From Prevotella sp. (GTDB taxonomy: Bacteria > Bacteroidota > Bacteroidia > Bacteroidales > Bacteroidaceae), in NCBI GenBank assembly GCA_045597565.1, contig JAZLKJ010000078.1:1232-65231 (forward strand): a DNA stretch of 64,000 nt. The letters are read 5' to 3'. The notes under the pieces are model-generated. The model did not search any database, was not told the DNA's origin, and saw only the letters and a program-made list of their open reading frames with translations. The first letter of the stretch is position 1; each line of letters starts with the position of its first letter. Shown in pieces: positions 20,579 through 29,169 of this stretch. The position numbers were made by a program, and so were the translations under genes.

Positions 20579-22606
20579 TTATTTCACCATCACCTTCTTT
20601 GCCTCGCCGTTTGCGCGGTTCTTGATTACGAACACGCCGTTGGCATTTGTGAGGTTGCGAATCTGACGGATTGCGTCTTCATTGTCGGCAGCGGAGATCT
20701 TGCCTACCTGTGCACCTGCTACAGAATATACCATGAAGTCGCAGTTGTCTTCTGGAGCATTGACCTCCTCAATGCCTATAGTCTCAAGGTCAGCCTTAGT
20801 GCCGACAGCGATATTGTCCATGAAAGCCTTACCCTTAGAGTACTGAACGCGTAACTTGTATTCGCCTGTAGCAGTGATTCGTGTTAGTGCTCCTTCGAGA
20901 GTAGTGAATGTCTTTCTGCCAGTCTTTGGAACCTCAATGTCACGCTGTAACAGCATATCGCCTTTACTGTTGTAGAGGTAGATAGTTATGGCAGCACCGT
21001 CCTCCATAGAACCCACGACAGTTTGGAATCGCATGCTTCCTGTCTTATTTATCTGGAATGTATAGTCGAACCAGTCGCCTTGAGAGGCTGCGTTTACATA
21101 GTAACCGCCGTCTGTTGTAGCAATCATCACGTTCTCCTGGTCGTTGCGGTAAGTGGTAGTACTTCTTGATCCGCTACTTGTGTAGTAACTGATGTTCTTG
21201 CCACCCATGTTGAAGTCTTCTGCTTCAATGATGCATGGAAGTACAGCTGGAACATCGCCGTAAGGCTTGCGCGGCCACTGGTTGCCGTAGAAACCGCCGA
21301 GACGCTCGTAAGTCTTGCCGTCGTTGGTGTAAGCAATAGCCTTGAGGTTCGTTTTGGAAGTGACGTTTGTAGGAGTAACGTAGCAAGTGTATGTACCCTT
21401 CTTAGCGTCAGTAGGCTCAGTCACGGTAGCAACGAGCTGGCTATTAGCATATAGCTCCACCTTCTCCACCTTGGCACCATTGTGCATCTTGGCAGTGATT
21501 GTAATCTCGTTAGGCTCATTGATAGGAGCCTTGTAGAATTTTGGACGGATATAGAATGAGATAGGCTTCTTCATGCCTGGATATGGACTCTTAGCTGTCT
21601 TTGCTTTGTCAGAAGCCATGTATTCGCGAAGCCAGGTCATGGCAGGGCGGTCAACACCATTCTTGATAATGCCGGAGTGACCACGGTTGATTTCATTGCC
21701 CTGCGCATCCTTGTCACTAGTCCATGTGCTACCATAGTTGTAGCCCCAGAGTGTAACACCAGCGCAGTAGTCAGCCTCCCATAGCAGTGGAATCTGTGCC
21801 TTGTAGTCCCTCAATTGGTTGTTGTCATTTATAGTACCGATATCATACTCCGTGATATACATCGGCATCTTCAGGGCGTTCTGAATGTTGTTCATTGAGT
21901 TCTTCAATGTTGACGCGCTACAGTTTGTGAGGTCGTGGCTCTGGCAACCGTATGCGTCGATAGGAGCACCGGCATCGCGAAGCTTTGTAACAAGGTCAAT
22001 GAACTGCTGAGTGTTCCACTGGAATGTGTTGTAGTCATTATAGATGAGAATAGTGTTAGGGAAACGCTCGTACGCCATGTCGAAAGCCTTTACGATCCAG
22101 TCGAAACCAGTCTCACCTTGTCCGCCGAGAGGCGCATACCATGTAGGAGTGTTAGCCTGATGACCTTGCACAGCCTCGTTCACAACATCGATCATCTCAA
22201 CCGTTGGATACTTAGTCTTGATTTTATCCATCCAATCCTTAACGGCAACGAATCTGTCATAATTGTTAAGGCTGTTAATCCAGTTAGGGTACTGTGCACC
22301 CCAAAGGAGACAGTGGAACTTGAATGGGAACTTGTGGTTTTTTGCATAGTTTGAACAATTGTCGGCACCGCCCCATGTCCAACTGCTCTGACCGCCACCC
22401 TGGACAGACGACCATTTGGTCTCGTTCTCAGGAGTAATCTGATCCCATAGGGTAGCGAACTCTATGCCAGCGCCGTTCACCTGACCGTTGGTAGTGATGT
22501 TGCCCAGGAACTTGTCTGGGTTGGAATTCAGCTGCGCGTAGCTGCCTGCCGACAACATTGCTGCCACAGACATCACAGCTGCTTTTCTGAGTAGATTTCT
22601 ATTCAT
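20579..22606 (-). CDS. GH10 endo-1,4-beta-xylanase with Ig-like and CBM6-like modules and C-terminal sorting domain
   Basis: ITPENETKW, FHCLLWGAQ, acid/base DVVNEA, YNDYN, GCQSH, nucleophile ITEYDI; IEAEDFN CBM6-like motif; minus-strand -7 box at 22680-22687. Confidence 0.92.
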   Translation of the reverse strand: MNRNLLRKAAVMSVAAMLSAGSYAQLNSNPDKFLGNITTNGQVNGAGIEFATLWDQITPENETKWSSVQGGGQSSWTWGGADNCSNYAKNHKFPFKFHCLLWGAQYPNWINSLNNYDRFVAVKDWMDKIKTKYPTVEMIDVVNEAVQGHQANTPTWYAPLGGQGETGFDWIVKAFDMAYERFPNTILIYNDYNTFQWNTQQFIDLVTKLRDAGAPIDAYGCQSHDLTNCSASTLKNSMNNIQNALKMPMYITEYDIGTINDNNQLRDYKAQIPLLWEADYCAGVTLWGYNYGSTWTSDKDAQGNEINRGHSGIIKNGVDRPAMTWLREYMASDKAKTAKSPYPGMKKPISFYIRPKFYKAPINEPNEITITAKMHNGAKVEKVELYANSQLVATVTEPTDAKKGTYTCYVTPTNVTSKTNLKAIAYTNDGKTYERLGGFYGNQWPRKPYGDVPAVLPCIIEAEDFNMGGKNISYYTSSGSRSTTTYRNDQENVMIATTDGGYYVNAASQGDWFDYTFQINKTGSMRFQTVVGSMEDGAAITIYLYNSKGDMLLQRDIEVPKTGRKTFTTLEGALTRITATGEYKLRVQYSKGKAFMDNIAVGTKADLETIGIEEVNAPEDNCDFMVYSVAGAQVGKISAADNEDAIRQIRNLTNANGVFVIKNRANGEAKKVMVK

Positions 22607-22641
22607 GTAAGAATGTATTTAGTTATGTTTGCTTCATATAA

Positions 22642-22670
22642 TGGTACGGTGAGGCCACCGCACCTCCATA
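22642..22670 (-). repeat. REP hairpin in the inferred 5' UTR of the GH10 gene
   Basis: Minus strand TATGGAGGTGCGGTG-GCCT-CACCGTACCA. Confidence 0.8.
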
Positions 22671-22917
22671 ATACGCGTGCAAAGTTACGGTATTTCCTTC
22701 AAATACACAAATGTTTCATTATTTATTGCGCGCGCAGGTATCATATTATTATGTAAAATGTTTCTTTTTAGATGAATATGCTTTCTTTTGAAATGATACA
22801 TTTTATGAGTCTTTACAAAACATCGGGGATATTTCCTTTTCCCGCAAATCGTTTTTCTCCTTTATTATTCGTACCTTTGCGCCCGAAATAATAAATAATA
22901 ATTTTGCATACCTACTT

Positions 22918-25233
22918 ATGAAAAGATTTTTAGTTGCTATATCGCTTCTTCTGACGGCAGCTTGCGGCTACGCCCAACAGAACTGGCAGATGGGCAATCC
23001 AAATGACAGAAACTACGACTATCTTAAGGAATATGGAAACCTTAAGGACTATGTTAATCGTGAGAAGTTCCCTAACTTCAGACTTGCTCTTGCACTTGGC
23101 GCAAACGACTACAACAACAACCCTACATGGAAAAATATGGCTGATGCCAACTTCCATGAGCTTGTAACAGGCAATGAGATGAAGATGGCGAGCTGTGTGA
23201 ACAATAGCGGAACCATGAGCTTCACAACGGTAAAGAACTTCGTGAATAATGCTACTGCCGCTGGTCATCAGATTTACGGCCATACGCTCGCTTGGCATTC
23301 ACAGCAGCCTAACGGATGGCTCCTCTCTCTGATGCAAGATCACCCTGCACAGCCTATTCCTGGTGCTGATACAGAGGTCTCTCAGGAGTTCCACAGCATA
23401 GATTATCGTGTCAAGAGTCAGCAGAACGTCGGTTGGCACGCAGATTATAAGCAGTATAACTATAGCGTAGAATTCGATGCTACCAATGGTATGAAATCCA
23501 CTGTGACAAAGAAGGCTTCGCAGAACTATGAAGTCCAGTATTGGGTAGCAAGCGGTATGCCTATTGCCAAGGGCGAGAAGTGCAAGATGATCATGACCAT
23601 TAAGGGTAGCAAGGCTGGATCTACGTATGTCCGAATAGGCGAGTGGGGCGGTGGTCCGAACACGAACATCAATTTCACTACCGAATGGCAGGACGTAGAA
23701 TGGGAGTTTACGAATACCTATGCAAATCCTGGCATCCTTCTTCAGCATGGCTCTTTCGTGGGCGACATGTATATAAAGCAGATTCGCTTCGAGAGGGTTG
23801 TGATGGGAAAGACCGTAACCGAAGAACGTCGCTGCCTCGCCATTGATGCTAATGCCAACAATGCTTCAAACGCAGGCTTGGAAACATTTGACACTCAGCT
23901 CACTATCAAGTGTGGTGCTTTCAGTAACAAGGACAGCTACAAGCTTACAGCCCTTGTGCGTGCTGACAAGCGTGCAACTGTCCCTACAACAATAGGCAAT
24001 ATTCCTTTCACAGACAACTGGAAGACAGTAACTCTTGCCGGAACATTCAACAATAATGGTTCAAACATTGTACTTCCTCTATCTGTGCTTGATGAGAATA
24101 ATAAATTCTATCTTGACGATATATCACTCGTCATCAACGGCGAAGAGAGAATCGTAAATGGTAGCTTTACAGAAGGTGATGCTACTTCTTTCGCTGTAAA
24201 GCAGGGAACAGCTCGTCCAAAGGCTCCTGCGATTGCCGAGACAATCACTTACCTTCTTGTTCCAACACCTACTCCGCAGACAGCAGAGGAGAAGCACGAC
24301 ACTCTCGTCTATGCTATGGATAAGTGGATAAAGGGCATGATGGAAGCTTGCGACGGCAAGGTTAAGGCTTGGGACCTCGTGAACGAGGCTATCTCTGGTG
24401 GTGATAATGACGGTGACGGCATCTATGACCTCCAGCACTATGAAGGCTATAACCCTAACGGTACATGGGATGTTGGTGGCGATGCCTTCTATTGGCAGGA
24501 CTTCATGGGCGACCTTGAGTATGTTCGTCAGGCATGTCGCCTTGCTCGCAAGTATGGTCCAGCGGACGTAAAACTTTTCATAAACGACTATAACCTTGAA
24601 TCCGACTGGGACAACAACAAGAAAGTGAGATCACTCATAGAATGGATAAAGCGTTGGGAAGCAGATGGCGTGACATACATAGACGGTATCGGTACTCAGA
24701 TGCACATCTCTTGCTCTATGAACCCAAATACTCTTGTAAGCCGCCGCAAGCATATCCGCCAGATGTTTGAACTCATGGCTGCTACAGGTAAGCTCGTTCG
24801 TGTAAGTGAGCTTGACATGGGTATGGACGATGCTAACGGAAAGGCCGTATCAACGGCTAACATGACAGAGGAAATGCACAAGATGATGGCTGGCCATTAC
24901 GAGTTTATCATCAAGACATACCTCGAGGTTGTGCCACCGGCACAGCAGTGGTCTATCTGCCAATGGTGTGCTACAGACTCACCTGCAAACAGCGGTTGGC
25001 GTGCTAACACACCTGTAGGTCTTTGGACTCTCAATACATTCTATCGCAAGCATACTTATGCCGGATGGGTTAGAGGTCTTCAGTCCGGTGCCGATGGTAT
25101 TGACGGTGTTGAGGCAGACAACCAGCAGATTGACAATTCTTCAAGTGCTGTATATTCCCTCTCTGGTCAGCGCGTAGGTGCCGGCTATAAAGGCATCGTC
25201 GTCAAGAATGGTAAAAAGGTGATGATTAAGTAA
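22918..25233 (+). CDS. GH10 endo-xylanase interrupted by CBM4-like modules (Xyn10C-like), with T9SS-type CTD
   Basis: GNEMKM, GHTLAWHSQQP, then an insertion containing FTTEWQ, then WDLVNEA, FINDYN, GIGTQMH, VSELDM; tail YSLSGQRV...KNGKKVMIK; -7 box TACCTTTG at 22872-22879. Confidence 0.92.
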   Translation: MKRFLVAISLLLTAACGYAQQNWQMGNPNDRNYDYLKEYGNLKDYVNREKFPNFRLALALGANDYNNNPTWKNMADANFHELVTGNEMKMASCVNNSGTMSFTTVKNFVNNATAAGHQIYGHTLAWHSQQPNGWLLSLMQDHPAQPIPGADTEVSQEFHSIDYRVKSQQNVGWHADYKQYNYSVEFDATNGMKSTVTKKASQNYEVQYWVASGMPIAKGEKCKMIMTIKGSKAGSTYVRIGEWGGGPNTNINFTTEWQDVEWEFTNTYANPGILLQHGSFVGDMYIKQIRFERVVMGKTVTEERRCLAIDANANNASNAGLETFDTQLTIKCGAFSNKDSYKLTALVRADKRATVPTTIGNIPFTDNWKTVTLAGTFNNNGSNIVLPLSVLDENNKFYLDDISLVINGEERIVNGSFTEGDATSFAVKQGTARPKAPAIAETITYLLVPTPTPQTAEEKHDTLVYAMDKWIKGMMEACDGKVKAWDLVNEAISGGDNDGDGIYDLQHYEGYNPNGTWDVGGDAFYWQDFMGDLEYVRQACRLARKYGPADVKLFINDYNLESDWDNNKKVRSLIEWIKRWEADGVTYIDGIGTQMHISCSMNPNTLVSRRKHIRQMFELMAATGKLVRVSELDMGMDDANGKAVSTANMTEEMHKMMAGHYEFIIKTYLEVVPPAQQWSICQWCATDSPANSGWRANTPVGLWTLNTFYRKHTYAGWVRGLQSGADGIDGVEADNQQIDNSSSAVYSLSGQRVGAGYKGIVVKNGKKVMIK

Positions 25234-25248
25234 TAATGGAAATTAAGC

Positions 25249-26484
25249 TTAATTCTTCAAAAGCCAAGTATTAGGTGTTTCTCCGGTAAGTTCCTTGAAC
25301 TTATGGTTAAAGGACGATGCTGACTTGAAGCCGCAGGCCATGGCAATCTCAAGCTGTGTGGCAGACGGATTCTTCTGCAAGTATTCCTTAGCCGCCTCAA
25401 TGCGGTAGTTGTTCAGCATCTCGCGGAATGACATTCCGTACTGCTGGTTGATTGTGTTCGACAGCGTTGTCCTGTTCACGTTGAGCCTTTCCGCCATGTT
25501 CGCCAGTGATAAATCCGGATCCTTGTATATCTTCTCCTCCTCAAAGGCTACGCGAATCTTCTCCGTCAGGCTTCTTGAGCGTATGGCAGCCAGCGTTTCC
25601 TTCTTCTCTATTTGGGATAGGTCGGAAGGATTCGCTACTTCCAATACAGAAACCTCTGAGAACGCCTTGCCCACACACTTCCTGAGTGTCAGGTTCTTTT
25701 CGCTGCTGAGCGATTCGATATAGGCGAAGAAGAATATGGCGATGGTAGTAAAGAGTGACAGGAGTATTCCGATGGTCGGATGATTGACGATGTAGCTTCT
25801 GCCGATGAACATCGGTGGCGATGTTGCAAATATCAGAAATATCACGCAGAATGATGTCGCTCTTACGAACGGTATCTCCTTCCCCATGAACCAGAACTTT
25901 ATGATGTCGCCAAACTTATAGTTGTTTTTGTAGGTTGTTGTCACACAGTAGTATGTTATAATCAGGCAATATAAGCCCGCCAAGACATCAAATATAATAA
26001 CGTCCACCAGCTCAAAAGCCTTGAGTATGGTGGCGTTTGCGGTTTTAGGCAACTGCCCTATCATTTCGTCCGTGAATGCATGTACCTGAAATTCGTCTGT
26101 CATGCGGAAATAAGTCATGGCATTGTCCAGTCCGAACATGTAGTATATGGAGAAGAGTAGGGGGGTGAATGCTATTGCTGGTAGAAAGATGCGTATCTTC
26201 TTTGCTTCTGAAATCGCCTTCTTTGTGCTATGGCGAAGAATATAGAGGAGCAGCATTGCTAGAATGGTCAGTAACAATGGCGGCTCAATGATGTCCATAA
26301 TGCACAGCACCTTGTAGTCAGTGTTAGGTGATATGTATATACCCTGCGTAGCGTAGTGTATGCTGCCCAAGAAAATCATGCGCTGCATCATCTGCTGCGT
26401 AGGGTTCTTTTTCTTCGTCATATATACTGCCGTCCACATCATACAGAGTAGAGACGGTATGAAGTATAGAATGTTTGCTAACAT
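25249..26484 (-). CDS. Membrane-anchored AraC family transcriptional regulator
   Basis: Multiple hydrophobic N-terminal segments; C-terminal YKDPDLSL...LNVNRTTLS...FREMLNNYRIEAAK...IAMACGFKSASSFNHKFKELTGETP double HTH. Confidence 0.92.
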   Translation of the reverse strand: MLANILYFIPSLLCMMWTAVYMTKKKNPTQQMMQRMIFLGSIHYATQGIYISPNTDYKVLCIMDIIEPPLLLTILAMLLLYILRHSTKKAISEAKKIRIFLPAIAFTPLLFSIYYMFGLDNAMTYFRMTDEFQVHAFTDEMIGQLPKTANATILKAFELVDVIIFDVLAGLYCLIITYYCVTTTYKNNYKFGDIIKFWFMGKEIPFVRATSFCVIFLIFATSPPMFIGRSYIVNHPTIGILLSLFTTIAIFFFAYIESLSSEKNLTLRKCVGKAFSEVSVLEVANPSDLSQIEKKETLAAIRSRSLTEKIRVAFEEEKIYKDPDLSLANMAERLNVNRTTLSNTINQQYGMSFREMLNNYRIEAAKEYLQKNPSATQLEIAMACGFKSASSFNHKFKELTGETPNTWLLKN

Positions 26485-26527
26485 GGCACAAAGTTAAGTA
26501 TTTTGCGCAAATCTTGCAAAACGTTAG

Positions 26528-26641
26528 TGCTAAAACGTTAATGATGTTGATTTGCATGGCGTTTTTTGTACGTTTCAACAATAGCTTTTAGAATTTTTTT
26601 ATGCATTTGTAACGTTACTAATAATAAAATGTGTAACTTTG
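26528..26641 (+). promoter_or_regulatory. Operator copy 1 (imperfect inverted repeat plus third box) and -7 element
   Basis: TGCTAAAACGTTAATG-N21-TTTGTACGTTTCAACA, then TATGCATTTGTAACG, then TAACTTTG at 26634. Confidence 0.7.
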
Positions 26642-26711
26642 TGCCCGAAATATAACATACGGTAGGAAATTAATAGAATCCACCTTAAAATAAGCAAATA
26701 AAGGTAAAAAT

Positions 26712-26897
26712 ATGAGATATACAAAAACTAACACTAAGAAGCCATACACTTCCCCCGAGCTCAGCATTCATGAGCTTAGGTTTGAGGGAGCTTTGTTGGA
26801 AGTTGGCGGAAGTGCTCCTGGTATGCCTTGGGGCACCCCTCGGTTAAAGAAAATCCAAGAAGACGAGGATTACGAAGAAGCTTATAAGGAAGCATAA
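26712..26897 (+). CDS. Small KKxYxxP-leader peptide with acidic tail (61 aa)
   Basis: First ORF after the promoter; KKPYTSPELSIHELRFEGALL aligns with the peptide at 46777. Confidence 0.7.
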   Translation: MRYTKTNTKKPYTSPELSIHELRFEGALLEVGGSAPGMPWGTPRLKKIQEDEDYEEAYKEA

Positions 26898-26937
26898 TTT
26901 TTATGATGAGGAATTAATATGTTAAATCTGTTTAGCT

Positions 26938-27183
26938 ATGAAACCCTTAAGTGTGATATTGCTACTATTGCTTTTCGTATCGCCTATGGCATGGTGCGAC
27001 AATGAAATTGAGGGTGACGATATGCCTTGGGATGGTGAACCGCCATCGGAAATTAATACCGTCAACCAAGATTCTGCTTTACATCGTCCTTCCGTTTATT
27101 TCGATTTGATGGGACGGAAGGTGGACAATCCACAGGTGGGTACTATCTATATAGTGAATGGAAAAAAGATAATAAAGAGATAA
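26938..27183 (+). CDS. Mini secreted protein: signal peptide, short acidic peptide and T9SS-type CTD (81 aa)
   Basis: Hydrophobic signal, DNEIEGDDMPWDGEP, then YFDLMGRKVDNPQVGTIYIVNGKKIIKR, which matches the CTDs of other secreted proteins in the window. Confidence 0.75.
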   Translation: MKPLSVILLLLLFVSPMAWCDNEIEGDDMPWDGEPPSEINTVNQDSALHRPSVYFDLMGRKVDNPQVGTIYIVNGKKIIKR

Positions 27184-27194
27184 AATATTAAGAT

Positions 27195-29144
27195 ATGAGA
27201 ATACATCGTCTTTTGTATATAGCATTAAGCTTGTTGATGTTTGCCTCATGTGCACTTGACAACGAAGCCGATTCAGGTGGTAATGGCAGTTCTGACAATA
27301 AAGGAGTGACAGCAACAGTTTCTGCAAAGGAACTTGATGCTGTGAGCCGTTCTACCTTGTATTTTGACGCAGCTTACGGTATGCAGTTCAAATGGGATCA
27401 GGGTGATGAACTGACAATTCTGCCAAGCGAGAGTAATAATACGCGAGCAATCTATACCCTGCAGAATGGAAGCGGAACTCCTAACGCTACCTTTAAGGGA
27501 GAAGGCTTTACTCTCTCAAAAGGTGCCCGTTACTTTGCGTTTAACCAGAAAGAACGAGACCTTCCTGGTAAGATTAGTATTCCGGATAAAGCAAATATAA
27601 CCGTAGATTATTTTGGACAGCGTCAGTTAGTGAACGGAACTTCGGATGAAGCGACAGCTCATCTTGGAGCCTATGATTTCCTTGTTTCTACTGGTGTGTG
27701 CTCCAAGGACGTTGAAGATCAGGTTCACTTTACGTTCCAGCATCTTGGTCTGACGATGTACATAATTATGAATAATCTTCCTGTAGGTGCGAAGTATAAG
27801 AAACTTGAAATATACGATAGTAAGAATATCTACCGCAAGCCGGTTCGCACTATCAATCTCGGTTTAGGTTTAAATGAAGAGACTGGAGCCTATAGCCCAG
27901 CTTTCAATGCAGAGGATGTTCAGAGTGAGGAATACAAGCAGTCGCCTCGTTTCTCTCTGTTTCTTGGTCCTGATACAAATGGGAATAATGATAATAGCGA
28001 CGATGAAGGATTGACTGTAGGTTCTGACGGACAACTTCAATTGTTCATTGAACTTCCTCCTGTAGATATGACTGACAATACTTTCATATTTACACTTGTG
28101 CCAGCAGATAATACCACAAAGCCTTTCTTCATGAAGTGTGAAGATCCAAAATATAAAAAAGAATATAAGGCAGGAAAGTCTTATATGATGACTGGTACTG
28201 CAAAGCAAGTTACTACATACGAAGTCAGCCTTAAGGTAAACCACGATTGGCAGTTGGGTAATGCAGTATCTCGTGTTACAGGTGACCCTGGTATTGAGGA
28301 TGAGTTCGCCAAGCCTAAATATCTATATTATGTGTTCTGCGTAGATGGAAAGGTTAAGCAGGTAGATGGAAAGCTATTCAACAGAGTGCCAGCTATCCCT
28401 GATTCTGGTTCTGATACGGAAACTATCCCAGAAACTCATTGGATGACTTCATCTGATAAGGTGTTTGACACATATTATGACACAGATAATGAAACAATTA
28501 ATAAGAATACTTTTATTTTCAGTGTAGAAGATACCGAAAAGGATAAGACGAAGAATGTCTATTTTGTTGCTTCAATGGAAAAACTTGACGATGTGTTCAG
28601 AAATATAATAAGCAGTACCACAGAGGCTGAGATTCAAAGTTTGCTCTATGACATTCCTGCACAGAAAACTGGTACTGATGCCGAAACTGCCGAAGCATAT
28701 CAAGTTCGCAGCCAGTCTTTCCTAAAGAATCTCTACTCAACTCCATGGGAGAAGCAAGAGACTTTCGTTGGAGCATTGAAAGACCCTTATCAGGATGTTA
28801 TACTCTACCATGTGGCTGCTAAGGTTGACTTGAAGTGGAATAGCGCAGCAATGCTTTCTGGTAATGTTTCTGTGAACAATGTAAAGAGTGCAAAACTTTC
28901 TCTCTTCAAGCCTACAAATAACGCTTCAGCAGAGACAGAAAATTATACTGTGACAAATGCCATTGACGAAGAAACAATGTATAATGGTCGTCAGGTGTTC
29001 TACCTCCCACAGTTCAATACATATAATGTAACAGTCGGAGGCAATGTTCAAGATGGTTCTTCTGTTGACCATCCTCTTGTCGCCTTCACCCCAGCAACCA
29101 CAAACGGCTGGACTTCATGGTTGCGTTGGCTCGCTAATTTCTAA
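27195..29144 (+). CDS. Fimbrillin / type V pilin-like lipoprotein, apparently two domains
   Basis: Lipobox FASC, linker, AVSR site, FKWDQGDELTI, YDFL, FTFQHL, YKAGKSY pilin-like motifs; second AVSR-VTGDPG internally. Confidence 0.65.
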   Translation: MRIHRLLYIALSLLMFASCALDNEADSGGNGSSDNKGVTATVSAKELDAVSRSTLYFDAAYGMQFKWDQGDELTILPSESNNTRAIYTLQNGSGTPNATFKGEGFTLSKGARYFAFNQKERDLPGKISIPDKANITVDYFGQRQLVNGTSDEATAHLGAYDFLVSTGVCSKDVEDQVHFTFQHLGLTMYIIMNNLPVGAKYKKLEIYDSKNIYRKPVRTINLGLGLNEETGAYSPAFNAEDVQSEEYKQSPRFSLFLGPDTNGNNDNSDDEGLTVGSDGQLQLFIELPPVDMTDNTFIFTLVPADNTTKPFFMKCEDPKYKKEYKAGKSYMMTGTAKQVTTYEVSLKVNHDWQLGNAVSRVTGDPGIEDEFAKPKYLYYVFCVDGKVKQVDGKLFNRVPAIPDSGSDTETIPETHWMTSSDKVFDTYYDTDNETINKNTFIFSVEDTEKDKTKNVYFVASMEKLDDVFRNIISSTTEAEIQSLLYDIPAQKTGTDAETAEAYQVRSQSFLKNLYSTPWEKQETFVGALKDPYQDVILYHVAAKVDLKWNSAAMLSGNVSVNNVKSAKLSLFKPTNNASAETENYTVTNAIDEETMYNGRQVFYLPQFNTYNVTVGGNVQDGSSVDHPLVAFTPATTNGWTSWLRWLANF

Positions 29145-29169
29145 ATACGAAAATAAAAAACACCAAGAT

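Noticed and set aside
15265..20854. Short ORFs sharing MEVRCPHR / GAVRAPHLH peptides (15265, 19703, 20471)
   Set aside because: The similarity is translated REP DNA, not a protein family.
26712..26897. Lasso peptide or other RiPP biosynthetic cluster
   Set aside because: A YxxP leader motif is present, but no cyclase, peptidase, RRE, radical SAM or exporter gene is in the window.
29044..29169. N-terminal extension of the giant ORF given by the track
   Set aside because: Overlaps the pilin-like gene; the signal peptide starts at ATG 29170. Track starts at 17896, 19718, 47627, 47940, 51072, 57631, 60515 and 61834 were shortened for similar reasons.
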